NCBI RefSeq assembly: GCF_006345805.1
Contig: NC_043002.1
Coordinates: 56,358,001-56,422,000, forward strand
Length of the DNA: 64,000 bases
Direction of reading: 5' to 3'
Source of the DNA: Octopus sinensis
Lineage: Eukaryota
Under the pieces are notes generated by a model. The model saw only the letters and a program-made list of their open reading frames with translations, did no database searches and was not told the DNA's origin. Both the position numbers and the translations under genes were made by a program. Positions 25,400-38,960 of the stretch are shown here, piece by piece. The first letter of the stretch is position 1, and each line of letters begins with the position of its first letter.

Positions 25400-25760
25400 T
25401 AGTATTTAATTGCTGTGTTCCATCTCCAAATGCAGGAACTGATGTCTTGTCAGGTGGTGAAGTATTTCTGCAGGTGTTTCAGCCCCTTCTACAGCATCAG
25501 CAAAGCTGTCTGGGGTCACCCACTGACATAAATGCCCAAACTCCTCAATACAGTACAAGTTTTGTTGAGTGAGATGTTGCAACCCTTTTCTTCAGATGTT
25601 TCTATCATCCTCACTGCACACTTTTGCTTCAGCACTCACCTTCCCAGTTGGGCTATAACAGATTTTATTGAAGTTAATTTAAATATTGTTAATTTTAGGT
25701 GCAGCCATAGAGAAATTGAACCAATAGTTGAGTTAATGTTCGTATATTCAATGCAAGAAA
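25400..25760 (-). mobile_element. Possible HERO-like RLE retrotransposon remnant
   Basis: A stop-interrupted frame SEEKGCNISLNKTCTVLRSLGI resembles the PVEVGCRGF..TTRLLRDLGI C-terminal motif. Confidence 0.3.
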
Positions 25761-28734
25761 CAGTCCACCACACACAAACAAAAAAGGGGGAAAAAAATCC
25801 CTCCTCAACAATTTGGCAAAAATTATTCTATGAGGAATAAATTATGTTAATTAATAATTAATATTTTTTCTCTTCATGGTATAAATAATTTTGGTTTTAC
25901 TGTAAACTGAAAACAGTTGTTAAAATAAGGACCTATCATAGGGGTTAATGTTGTATTTTTTTTTTTCATAATACTACATAAAAAGCACCCAGAACACTTT
26001 GGAAAGTGACTTGCATTACGAATGGTTTCCACCCATAGAAACTATACCAAAACAGATTATGGAACCTGGTGCAGCTCCATGATTTGGACAGTCAAATGGT
26101 GATGATGATGATGATGATGATGATAATGACGACAACGGCAATAATCATGATGAGGAGGATGTTGGCAGTGATAGCAATGTTGCCAACATTGTTTTATTGT
26201 TGTTGCCTTTGTCGATTTTGTCAGTGTGTCACCATTGTCCTCATCATCACCATCACCACCGTCATCATCATCATCATCTTCATTAATATTAGTCTTACAT
26301 CCTGTTTTTCATGCCGGCATGGGTTTGCTAACTCTGCAACACAGTATTAGTTCACACAGCTTAATCCTGTATTAACTTACCAGAAATGGTTTCTTTCTTT
26401 CTCTTTTTATCATATCACATCATAATCCCTTGACTCTATATCTGCATCTTTCTGCAGACTTGCGTTAAAATATTTTTACATATCTCTAAGTATTCTGATC
26501 TTGTTTCAATTCCTCCATTAGATTCAATGCTAATACATTGATCTGAACTTTCCTTCTAATCTTCTTTGATTTACCGATACAATAAGATCTTTCTCAAACT
26601 AACCTATGACACATTTTTCACACAACTTGTGTCATTCATTCATATTACAAATCCAAACCAACACAGCCATCGCTCCCAATGTCTGCATAATATTTGCCTG
26701 TATAAATGTTGGCTGGTTGCTTGCTTGATTTCTCTGGTCACACTTTACATTGTATGGAGAGAGAAGAAAAGAGAGATATAGAAGGAGTTAACATAAGAGG
26801 TGCAGGATGAGTGCACTTGGCAACCAATGACTAAATAAACACAGTGAGAAAGAAAGAATCATAGATTGAAAAGGAGGAGGAATATATGTGTATGTCATCA
26901 TCATCATCATCATTTAACATCCGCTTTCCATGCTGGCATGGGTTGGATGGTTTGACTGAGAACTGGTGAGCCAGAAGGCTGCACCAGACTCAATCTGATC
27001 TGGCAAAGTTTCTATAGCTGGATGCCCTTCCTAACGCCAACCACTCCGAGAGTGTAGTGCATGCCTTTACGATCCACCAGCACAGAGGGCCAGTCAGGCG
27101 GTTCTGGCAATGACCATGCTCAAGGGATGTTTTTTACGAGCTACCTGCATAGGAGCCAGTCCAGTGGTACTGGCAACGATCACACTTGGATGTGCTTTTA
27201 ACATTCCACTGCTATGAATGCCAATCAGGCGGTACTGTCATTGGCCATGTCAGCAATTTTGATTTGATTTCACTTGCCTCAGTAGGTCTTCACAAGTAAT
27301 TATATACATATATATATACTTATATATATATATGGGTGCTGGTGTTAGCTTTGAACTCAGAATGTAGAGACAGATGAAATACAGCTAAGCATTTTGCCCA
27401 GCGTGCTAACAATTCTGCCAGCTTGCTGCCTTATAGATGTGGCAGAATATGAAAAGACTTGAGTTTTACTTGTCATTTGATGGTAGGTAAACTTTAGATG
27501 GAGACTTTTGCCACCATGGCTAATATCAGGAAACACAACATACATACAATAAGTATAATTTAAGTTTTTATCGAAATTCTTGGTGCTAATATGATGTAAT
27601 GAAATGAATACTAATTTTCAAAAGAAAAATATTAATTTCTTTAAAATAAGATTAAATGAAACAAAACTCGAAAAGTTAAAAAAAGATCCAGGGAGATAAG
27701 TACAATTTAATTAATATAAAATTTAAGCTGGTGAGCTGGCAGAAACATAAGCACGCTGGGTGAAATGTTTAGTGGTATTTTGTCGATAAATTAAGTACCA
27801 GTTGCATACTGGGGATCGATCTAATCAACTGGCCCCATCCCCAAAAATTTCAGGCCTTGTGCCTAGAGTAGAAAAGAATATAATTTAATGGCAGTGAGCT
27901 GGCAGAAACTTTAGCATGCCAGGCAAAATGTTTAGCGGTATTTTGTCTGTCTTTACATTCTGAGTTCAAATTCCGGCGAGGTCAACTTTGCCTTTCATCC
28001 TTTCAGGGTTGATAAATTAAGTACTAGTTGCATACTGGGGTTGATCTAATCACCTAGCCCCCTCCCCAAAAATTTTGGGCCTTGTGCCTAGATTAGAAAA
28101 GAATATTCTCCCACATCATCAATTCAATACCTCATTGTTATATCAGTTCAAACACAGCTCACAGTAGTTACTATAGATTTTTCTAAAGATATTGTCTGTG
28201 TGTTACATCAATGTTTCGTCAGATGGTGTATAGAGTGCTTATTCTAATTTTAGAATTAATCCACAGCATCTTTGTGTGTTGTGAGAGATGACAAGAATGG
28301 TTGGTGATAGAAAGGGTATTTGATGATCATAAAATATTGCCCCAGAAAAAAAATGTCCAACCCATTCCATCATCATAAAAACAAATTTAAAATACTTCTG
28401 TGAATGACAGTGATGATGGTGACAACGATGAGGGGGAGGAGGAGGAGTAGGATGATAACAGTAAAGGCGGTGGTGCTAGCAGTGATGACTATGATAATGG
28501 TGATGGTGACAACAACAATGGCTATGGTGAAGGTGATGATGACTCTGAAGATGATAGAGATAGTGATGAAAATGAAGATAATCACAATGAGGACAATAGC
28601 ATGGTGAGGTTGACACACAGTGATGTCAATCGCAATGATGATGATGAGGTTTCATGGAACAGTTACTGCTTTCAAATGCAGGCTGTTCATTTCTCCTTTG
28701 CTCAACATGAAAAACCTTCTTGTTCCTCTCAGAA

Positions 28735-28945
28735 GTAGACATTCATAAAACTCAATCATAAGGGTGTTTGCCTGCTCAGTCTACAATGTTGATCATAGAG
28801 ACCCAGGAAGACATTGGGCCTCACAGAGGCAATGACAAAAGACCGAGACCTTCGGAGATATGCTGTGATTGAGAAGACCCAGCAAGGAAAGTGAGATCAC
28901 AGCCATAGCCTACACCAGTGTCGCATAACCAGCCCATTTAAAAAA
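28735..28945 (+). mobile_element. RTE 3' end fragment
   Basis: Nucleotide similarity to 53230-53370 (TGGGCCTCACAGAGG.AATGAC...GACCGAGA...GAGATATGCTGTG). Confidence 0.75.
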
Positions 28946-29039
28946 TATTACTTAGACATAACCCCATAGCACTGGTGAATTAACATATGGGAATTAAACC
29001 CATAACATTGGTTGATATAAATTTACATGTGCTGTGTAC

Positions 29040-29260
29040 TCGCTTTGAATCAGATGACAAAAATATACACAGCCCTATCTGCTGAGGTTTTGTGTCTGTT
29101 TGTCTACCAGTTGATATAAATATCTGCTATCATTCACAGAATCGATAATAGAGGCCACCTTGCAAATTTCAAGGAATCTGATAGATTTGTTAGACTCTTC
29201 ATGTAAATATTTCCAACTCAGTCCGAGACTTTATCACCATAACAGCATAAAAGCAGCAGT
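29040..29260 (-). mobile_element. Penelope-like reverse transcriptase remnant
   Basis: KYLHEESNKSIRFLE followed, with a frameshift, by ADIYI..VDKQ, resembling the Penelope RT motifs LKFTxE...IPFLD and TDLYIKPTD. Confidence 0.5.
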
Positions 29261-30799
29261 TCTGGTGGTTACACTACCATTTCCATTATGACTGACCAAT
29301 CAAATTCATCCATTTTTAAATCTCACAATGTGAGATTCAGCAACAGTACTTTGTAGTAAAGATTGTTTACCAACATAACATGGCAGTCCTGGTTTAGGAC
29401 GAATATTGCTGTAATTTAGCCCCAGGAGACATTGTCTCCAGCTGGCTATATGACACAATCTGTGTCCTTATGTTTTCAAACAATGGAATCTAGCACCCCA
29501 CATGTTCTGCAAATTCTTCTGGTCTATCACGGAACTTACAGTCACATCCAGCCATGCCAGTCTTGTTGAATTTACAGTCCTCATAGTGATGAACAGTTTA
29601 CATAAATAAACAGTGCAAGCTTTAAAGCAGTTGACGTAAATATACGCCAAACCATTGTTGTGTGCTAATTGCTGATCTCCGGTGAGATGATTACCGTTAG
29701 TGCAACCTAGTTGCCTGATAAAAACCCATTGTCATGGAGTTAAAACCTGTAATTCAAAACAAAAATCCAGTATATGCAATTGAGGTAATATTTAATCAAA
29801 ATAGTCATCTATGTATCATACTAAACATATACACACCCTCAATGGGAGAGCCATGGCAGTATTTGTCCTGAGATAATATTTCCTATGTCCTTTTTGTATT
29901 GAAAACAAAATAACTATCAAAGAGAGATAAAAATCATCCAAGAAGAAACTGGCAAGAGTGCCAGATGCATTTTAGTGATGCATACTTGCAGCAAGTCACA
30001 TGCTGAGGCATGCATCTATTGCCTTTGATATAGGGAAAATGTAAAAACATTCGCTGATGTTACAAACAGTCACCTGGTTGAATAAAAATCCAGTATATGC
30101 AATTGAAACAATACTTAATTAAAATAGTCATCTACGTATCATACTTAATGTATACATGCTGTTAATAGGCCAGTTACTGCAGTACTTTAGCTGGAATAGT
30201 GTCGACTGTCACCTGAGCCCATTGACTGTTGACAGGAAATTTATTCTCAGGTTATTTCCTAACAATCAATAATATGTCAATATTTCCCTGGATTTGTTTG
30301 ACATTATCTTTCAGAAACAAATGATATAACACTAACATAGCATACCTGCCATGTCACTTACTACTGAATTTGTGGAAAGCTAATAAAGATTATCAGATTT
30401 TTTTTAAATATTTAAGCTTTCTGTCTCAAAGGGTTTGGGCATACATTTTATCATTTAAAGCTTAATGTTTTTTTAGTTTGATTTAGGAGCTTTCAGAGAA
30501 TCAGATTTTGGTGATTAATATATTTTTTTTTAACATAACAACATAACAGATGTAGAATATCAAATTAGTAAAACTAGATCAAATTTGTGTAGATGTGTGT
30601 ATGTGTGGGAGGTATGACAATCATCATCATCATCATCATTTAATGTCCATTTTCCATGCTGGTATGGATTGGCTGGTTTGACAGGAACTGGCAAGGCTAG
30701 GAGCTGCACCTGTCTGTTTTGGAATGATTAGAAGGAATGGTTTGATAGCGAGTTAGAAACTGAATTTGTCCGACTTTGGGACTGCCAGCATCCATTTAC

Positions 30800-31110
30800 C
30801 ATTTTCCCTCACTATTCTTAGCTAGGTACTTCTCTTGCAGTTACCTGACTATGAAAATCTTGTCAGAAGGGCTTCTCCCCAGACAAAGTTGAATAGCATT
30901 TTGTTTAATTCTGCACCTAATTAATTGGGCTATAACTGTCTCTGTAATTTTAATCACCTGGTTCAGCAGTTTGAAGCCTCTATAATTGCTTCTATCTAAA
31001 GCATCACCCTTACCCTTGTAGCAGCTAACAATTATGCTGCTACACCAGTCACTGGGTATTATGCCTTCTGGAATGACCTGATTAACTATGTGGGTGACTA
31101 GCCCGTATCC
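30800..31110 (-). mobile_element. RTE LINE reverse transcriptase fragment
   Basis: IPSDWCSSIIVSCYKGKGDALDRSNYRGFKLL...*LQEKYLAKN. Confidence 0.88.
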
Positions 31111-31762
31111 TAATATACTGATATATATTATTCATTTACAACTATAGTGTTGACAGTGACTTCAAAATTTGGGCTTACTAGCCTTCATTGGACTGATACA
31201 ATGAGTCCATCTTGGCTTTATATAGTCACTCAGTTTCATTTTTCTAGAATAAGTGGAGATGTGTTGAATGACAGTTAGGTTATAGGGTAGGTTCTGATGA
31301 AAAGATATTATAGGAAGTTTTTATTGAATAAAGTTATAGTTGTATTATTGCTCAGAGTCCAGTCATATGTATGAAACTTTGTAATCTAATATGTCTATTC
31401 AGGTGGGTCAGCTTCAGGTCTTAGGTTATTTTTTAGGGTCTACAAAAGAAAACATAAGTATGTAAAATGGCTAGTTGGTTAACAGATGTGTGACTAGGTT
31501 TAGTTGTTTTTGATGTTATTTGAAAAGTAATGGGAGATTCAACCTGTTTTAGGAAAGTGGAGGATATTGTTCAGAGTTCAGTTCAGTATGTAAAACTTTG
31601 TAATTAGGTGTGTATATTTGTGTGTCTGTTTTAGTTCTTGGAGAATTTAGCATAGAAATGTAGTTAGTTTGTGTTTTAAGACAAAAGAATGTAATGTAGC
31701 TCTCAAAGCATTTCTTTCTATTTTTTAATATAAATTTACACTTGTGATATTTCTTTACCTTT

Positions 31763-31807
<45 letters not shown>

Positions 31808-31952
31808 CTTGCCAGCTCTTGTCAAACCATCCAACCCATGCCAACATGAAAAGTGGACGTTATATAATGATGATAATGATGATGATATTATATGTGTGTG
31901 TGTGTGTATGTGTGTATGTATGCACGTATGTATGTATGTGTATATATAATGC

Positions 31953-31994
<42 letters not shown>

Positions 31995-32909
31995 ATATAT
32001 ATATCTACATATACAAATAATAAATACATATGTATATGTGTATATTTATATAGTATGCATATACAAGTATGTATGCATACATCAATTCTGCTTCTCAAGA
32101 CTTGAAAATTCCCTTTGCGTTCTCCCCTGCCAGCTGGTGTGTCACCATGGAGAATGACCAGCTAAATTTCCTGCACATTTGCTTAAGGACTTCCCAACCT
32201 TGTCATTGAAGAGCGCATTTTTTTCAATGACAGGAGACCGAGATTTGAACTCGGAACTCACAGAGTCTTAACGATAACACATTGAATACAGAAAAGGAAT
32301 ACATTTACATTCTTACATTTTTCTCACAGCTAGGCTTTCTAATATTCAAATATATACACAAAAGTATATCTAAATATGTGTGTGTATGAATGTATGCATG
32401 TGTGTATATATATGTATGTATGTATGTATATATATATATCATCATCATCATCATCATCGTTTAACGTCTGTTCTCCATGCTAGCATGGGTTGGACGGTTC
32501 GACCGGCACGGAAGCCAGTCGAGGCAGCGCTGGCATCGGCCACGATTCGGATAGTGCTTTTTACCAGTCCAGGGGTCCTGGCATCTGCCGGGTGCCAGTC
32601 ATAGGATTGGTTCAGTTTTGATTCCGATTTCGATTTCGATTTCACTTATATATATATATATATGTATGTATGTATATATACAACATAGATACACACACAC
32701 ACAAGTAAGCACATAAATCTAAAATAAGCTGGAAAAATTAGTATCGTTGCAACTGTCCGACAAATGATCACGTGAAACTCTGAGTAACAGTTTGTGAAAA
32801 TTTTCTTTGACATTACTAATTAATGCGTGTGTGTGTGTGTTTATGTGTATTATATATAGATATATATATAAGTATATATATAAGTTGATATATGTGCAGG
32901 TTTATATAT

Positions 32910-32956
<47 letters not shown>

Positions 32957-32980
32957 TAAATATATATGTATGTGAATATG

Positions 32981-33018
<38 letters not shown>

Positions 33019-33499
33019 TATATATACGCACACACATGTATTACACATATATGTGTGTGTGTACATGTATATATGCATGTGTATGTTTGTGTTTATGTAT
33101 ATCCAGTTTGAGACAATGCGCATAAAATAGGGGAAGCCCATTCTTAGAAATAAGATATAAGATGATCATATGATGAGGATGCTGTTGATGGCGAGACAGT
33201 AGTTCCACAATGCCAACCAAGATATGTCACATAGCCAGAGCTGAAGCAGCAGCATTTTAATTTAATCAATAGCCAGGTTATTTTCTGGCAATAGCACAAC
33301 ACAAACTGCATTTTATTAGCGCTGGCCAAACATTTACAGTTTTACATAGAATCTTTTCTCTCTCTCTCTCTCTCTCCTACACTCTCTGCTTCCACCTCTC
33401 CCTCTCTCTACCTCTCCCCCACTTTCTCCATCGCTTTTTCTCTTTCTCTCTCCCTCTCTCTTCTTTATTTGGTTCAAATATCCTTTGTTTTCATAGAAA

Positions 33500-34040
33500 G
33501 TGGAAATGAGGAATATGTGAGGTTCATGCCATTACCAGGTAGAATTTGTATAAGTGATATACTGTTGCAAAGAATTTTCTTTCACAAGGAATAAAAGCCT
33601 TAACCTTCTTCTAAGAAAAAATTATGACAACTTGTGGTCTTCATGCCTTGCTTTACTGCTATTTATTATAACCAAAAGTGAAGTCTTTCAACAATTTTAT
33701 TTCATTTTGATTAAATAAGCACAAATGCCCTCATAATTGCTTAAATGAAAGGGAAAATAGGAAGTTGTGACATTCATGCCTTTCTGTTTTTATATAATCT
33801 TTTCTGCATGTTTAGTTTTGGTTATTGCTTGCTCGAGTAGATACAAATATTGCCTGTATTCTTTAGATTGAAGATGTTACTCTTGTGCTGTTCATGCCTT
33901 TCTCAACAACATTTTTTGGAGTAAATGAAGAGTTTATAGCCTCTTTGTGTAAAAAAATCCTCAAAGAAGACAAATGTAAGAACTTGTGACATTTATGCCA
34001 CTTCCATTGACTATTTTATCTTGTGACATCATGGAAAGCA
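33500..34040. repeat. Degenerate ~100-130-bp tandem array with a conserved TTGTG..TTCATGCC motif
   Basis: TTCATGCC at 33523, 33640, 33773 and 33891, and TTTATGCC at 33992. Confidence 0.65.
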
Positions 34041-34092
34041 TTTTTCATAGAATTTTGCATGTTTTTCCTTTGTTTCATTGAGACTTTTGCAT

Positions 34093-34322
34093 TTAACCCT
34101 TTTGATATCAACCTGACTGCAACTGCCTCTGGCTCTGTAATACAAATGTCTGGTTTTCATAAGTTTTGAGTAAAAATCTTCCACCAAACCTTAGTCACAG
34201 TTTATGTTCCTAACACTAGCTTAAAGATAACTAAATTATTTTACTAAATTCTTTGTTATATTTAAAATCAATTGAAAGAAACACAGAGCATCTCAAAATA
34301 AATACAGTAATGAAAGGGTTAA
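34093..34322. mobile_element. piggyBac-type MITE, second copy
   Basis: Same internal sequence as 23507-23735, with TTAA-CCCTTTT...AAAGGG-TTAA ends. Confidence 0.8.
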
Positions 34323-34679
34323 ATTGACCATGTCCAATTCCAATATTCTATCTGTTTTATGTCTAAGCCAACCAGATCTGGCTTTCTATAGTTATCTGGT
34401 AATGTCATTTTAAAACTAAACAATCACATCATCGAGATCTCAAAGTCATAAGATAATGCATAATTAATTCAAAACAATGTGACTAAATAAGTAATACATT
34501 TGACAGAATAATCTGAATGCTAAAAGGGATTAAAACCTTTTTTTATTTTATAAAAGGAACCTGCAATATTCAAACATTTGGCTCAATGAAATTTGTAATT
34601 TTTTTACCCCTAGGTCAGTCTTGATCAGACATACTGATAAGCTTGTTTTTAAGGTGTTGCAATTACAATCATAAGATTA

Positions 34680-34900
34680 TAGTTTTGATTCCAAAAAGTG
34701 GGCAGTATTTTGTGCTCGTGAGCAAAACACTCCATTTTATATTACTTCAGTTCACTCAGCTGCAAAAATGAGTTCCCGCAAAACTTGGGAAGTTAACCCT
34801 GTAATGGACTAGCATCCCATTCAGTGGGAGTGTTGTAATCTCAGTCATTTATATGCTGTGAAAATCAGGTTAAGCTCCAACCTTATCACTCCTAAGGATT
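34680..34900 (+). mobile_element. Degenerate Deu/Nin-domain-like SINE
   Basis: GAGCAAAACACT...CACTCAGCTG.AAA.ATGAGT...AACCCTGTAATGGACTAGCATCCCATTCAG. A related piece lies at about 19790. Confidence 0.45.
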
Positions 34901-35185
34901 ATGACAATCCAAAGTCTAAGTCTAAATTGTTGCAGTGTATCAAGGACGATATTATCCCAAGTTGTCCTTTCTTCTTTTTAAGGTTAACTACAAATCAGCC
35001 ATATTGAAGACCAAGGAGCTGGTTTTAAGAGATTTCACTTGTATTTCTAACAAGTTTAGGGACCATGTAGAAGATTCCACCCTGACATGTTGATACACAG
35101 GTGTGGCTGTGTAGTAAGAAGTTTACTTTCCAACCACATGGTTTTGGGTTCTTTTCCACTGTGTGGCACTTTGGAGATGTGTCTT

Positions 35186-37930
35186 TGTTGTATAGTGAAG
35201 CTGTATACCCCTCCAGGTAAAAAGTGATAGGATCCAGCCATTATAAATAGACCAGTAGCCAGTCGACAAAAGAGGGTTGAGAGTTGACAGTTCTAGTTGA
35301 TGTCTTGTGGAGCTAACAGTGATAGTAAGACAGAAGAAGTTAGTGTATTACTATTCCGGTATCTGATGACTAGTGACTATTGTGGCTTCTAGGGTAAAAC
35401 AGCAACTACAGTACAACGGTACTCACACATCACACCAGTGGGAGGAACCCACTTTACAATAGTGGTGACAAAGAAAAACAAAAAAAAAACATTCACATGG
35501 AATGTTTAAACTAATTCACATGAAAAATTAAATAACTTGACAAAAAAGAAACAAAAATCTTGTGCAAACTTATGAAAACCATAAAATACGGAAGAGTTGT
35601 TAGCTGGGGTAGTTGAGTTGCAAAAGCAGCAACAACAACTCAAGGAACAACAAGAACAACAACAAGTATTGCAGCAACAAATGTTACAACAAATGAAATT
35701 GATAACCAAACCGGAGAATACATTTTTGTCTGACCATATAGCTGAATTCCAAATGCATATTCAAATATGACCCCAAAGAAGGATTAACATTCGAGGCTTA
35801 CTTTCAAAGATATGAACAAAGTTTTGGAAAAGAATGTCAGGATTGGACAGACGAAATGAAAATGCATCTAATTTTAAGAAAACTAGCAACAGCAGAGCAT
35901 GAGAAGTATAGTAACTTCATACTGCCAAAAAAATGTCCAACATAAATTTCATCAACACAGTTGACATTTTGAGCAAAATGTTTAGTGAAAAGAACTCACT
36001 GTTTAATACTATATGGAAATGTTTAAACATTGAAAAGAGCAAAGAGGAAGCCTTCACTACTTACACAGGCAGAATCAACAAAGAATGTGAGAGATTTAGG
36101 CTAGATGTGCTTACTCCAGATTCTTTCAATTGTTTGATATTTGCACAAGGATGCAGAAATTCGAATGGATATTCTATCAAAACTGGAAAGGAACCAGGAT
36201 TTGACATTGCAGAAACTATTGGAAGAGTGTGATAAGATATTAAAATTAAGGCATGACACAGAAGAAATTCAATGGAAAGAATGTTTCCACATAAGACCAG
36301 TGCAAAAAAGTTAGGAGACAAAGTGTCACAGGAAAAACAGAAAAAATATTGGGGTCTAGACCCATGTATGGCATGTGGTAGGATGTACCAGAAAAAAAGA
36401 TTGTCCATATAAAAAAGCAAAGAGTTTTCGCTGCGGGTCTACAGGACATATAAAATTGCACTGCGAAACTAGAATGACAAGAAAAAATAGTTTGTCAGCA
36501 GGAAAAGTTGTGACTACAGCAAACAGAAAATTTGTGAATGTGAGAATTGAAACCACTTATGTCAGAATGCAATTAGACATGGGAGGTGACGTCACAATCA
36601 TAAATGAGAAAACATAGGAACAAATGGGTAAACCAAAATTATGTAGTCCAAGCAAAATAGTGTATGGTATCATGGGAAGAAAATTATATTTCATGGGCAA
36701 ATGCACAGACTTCTCAACTGGATTAAATGACTATTTACACACACACACAATTATCCACTTCCAAGCCCAGAAGAAGTCTTTGCTAAACTAAACAGAGGGG
36801 AAATCTTCTCTCAGAGGTGTACCTCCAAATTCAGTTAGAGGAAGATTGCACATATCTACTAACAATCAACGCACACCGTGGATTGTACAAGTTCAAATGA
36901 CTGCTGTTTGGAGTAAAACAGCACCTGCCATATTCCAACAAATAATGGATGCAATGTTAAGTGATTGCAACTTCACCATCACATATCTCAGTGACATACA
37001 ATAAAGAGCGAGTCTTGGGTGCAACAAGTTAAACACATAAAGAAAGTATTCAAGAGAATAAGTGAATACAGGCTAAAACTGACAGAAGAAAAATGCAAAT
37101 TTTGGATGGAATAAAGAAAATACTTAGGTCGAGTAATTGATAAAAGTGGATGCAGACCGGACCCATCAAAGGTGATGGCAATACAAAATATGCCGTCCCC
37201 AACAAACATGACAATGCTACAAGCATATCTAGGCTGTATAAATTATTACCAAGTGTATATACCAAGTGTATATTAAGGCACCACTTAATGAATTACTAAA
37301 AACAAATGCCAAATGTATTTGAACAGAGAAATGCCAGAAGGTAATCTGCCTTCAAAAACGTTGGGGCATGCCAATGGTCTGTCTAGGTTAATTCTGAAAA
37401 TTAACAAACTGCTGGAGGACACCATAATAATAGCGCTAAGAGCAGAAGTGGAAACAAAAAAACTGATGTGGAACATCGTGCATGAACTACCAGTAATTTG
37501 GAAGAGGTAAAAAGAAATGCAAGAAACGACAAATTCATTAAAAAAAGAAAACTGTGGTCGACAAAAGGAAATGAAGAAAAGTCTGATGCAAAGAACTGCC
37601 AAGATGTGAATGTGTACTCTATATGTGATGGTGTACTAATGTACGCTCAGAGGGTATCATACTACAAACACTACAGAAGAGAATGTTAAAAGAGTACCAT
37701 GTGGGACACCCAGGCATCTCCAGAATGAAAGTGTTGATGTGAAGTTTTGTATACTGGCCAAACATGGACAAATAAGTTGAAAATCTTGTGAAAGGCTGCA
37801 GAGGATGTGCACTGGCAGTGAAAATACCTACTACAAAATACAAACCTTGGCCAGAAGTGAAAATATCATGTCCTGATTGTATATCAATTTTCTAGGCCCA
37901 GTAAATGGATATTATTACTTAATAGTAGTG
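35186..37930 (+). mobile_element. Decayed Ty3/Gypsy LTR retrotransposon (5' LTR, PBS, gag-pol remnants)
   Basis: A putative LTR with TATAAATA ends ...TTTACA (35458), followed by a PBS-like TGGTGACAAAG. Downstream are a Gln-rich gag, zinc knuckle FRCGSTGHIKLHC, protease MQLDMGGDVTII, RT FGVKTAPAIFQQIMD..ITYLSDI, and integrase HVGHPGISRMK..YWPNMDK..CRGC. There are many stops and frameshifts, and no 3' LTR is seen. Confidence 0.92.
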
Positions 37931-38099
37931 GACAGCCACACAAAATGGCAATAATTAATCTTTTAACTAATGTAATTAAAAAGGGGAAAGTTTTCATATT
38001 TACAAATTTACATTTAAATATAAGAACAACTGTTCTTTAGTGAAGGATTCAGTGTCCATGGTTGATAGTGTTACAACACAGAAATGCTTGCATTCCACA

Positions 38100-38400
38100 G
38101 AATATTTCCAAATGCAAACATGAACTGTAAAAGAGAAATCTAATCTATGACATCAAATTCTTGAATTGTGAAGAAATATATATTGGCCTAACAAGAAACT
38201 CATTATAAGAATGTATGTGAGTACACCAGCAACAAATTCAAGACAAGACCAAAATGCCTGTAAGATTCCATTAAGCAATCATTTAGAATCATACAATAAA
38301 AAAATGTTTTTGATATTTCCATTTTACAAACTTTATTCAAGTGAAGTTAGAAGATGAGTAAAATATAAGAATTTTATTGAGATGCTTAAACATGTTTTTA
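38100..38400 (+). mobile_element. Penelope-like GIY-YIG endonuclease remnant
   Basis: NLIYDIKFLNCEEIYIGLTRNSL*ECM*VHQQQIQD followed by IPLSNHL and LIFPFYKL, the typical IY...YIG architecture with stops and frameshifts. Confidence 0.75.
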
Positions 38401-38822
38401 ATGGAAAATAATATGAAGAAGAATAACAATATTAACATATATTTAATTGAATTTTATTCAAAACCTGTAGTAATATTAACTGTATTATTGTATCAGACGT
38501 TTCTCACCATCTGATAGTAGCTGAATTCTTTATCTGTGTTTCTAATTGGTAAAAATGTTTCTACGAAAAAGCATGATCAATGTCAATTCCATTGCATTAC
38601 TCCATTCATCAATCCATTATTATTTAAAGGGGGGGAAAAAATCAATAATTTCACTATAGTTGTCAAATGAGAAGCACATTAGCTGCTTCTTTTTTAAGTG
38701 TTACTACATAAACATTTACCTGAAGATTGTTATAAAACATGAAACTACTTGTGATATTATAAAATTATAAAAATAGAAAAATAAAATTTTAAAATCATAC
38801 TATTTTGGAATTTGATTGACTA

Positions 38823-38826
38823 ATGT

Positions 38827-38897
<71 letters not shown>

Positions 38898-38960
38898 TGT
38901 ATGTATGTATGTATGTATGTATGTATGTATGTATGTATGTATGTATGCATGTGTGTATAT
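38823..38960. repeat. (TA)n/(TATG)n microsatellite
   Basis: Directly visible. Similar arrays lie at 31765-32090, 32820-33100, 47335-47480 and 61650-61860. Confidence 0.95.

Noticed and set aside
26381-26640. Minus-strand exon-like segment with a GTAAGT donor
   Set aside because: Multiple in-frame stops; more likely a very decayed LINE fragment, but the family cannot be assigned.
33500-34040. Tandem B-box (HExH) or other repeat-protein reading of the motif array
   Set aside because: No Cys pattern, and stops shortly after each motif in every frame.
38500-38530. GAAACGTC hammerhead-like end near the Penelope endonuclease
   Set aside because: The CUGANGA core and stem II are missing; at most a deleted remnant.
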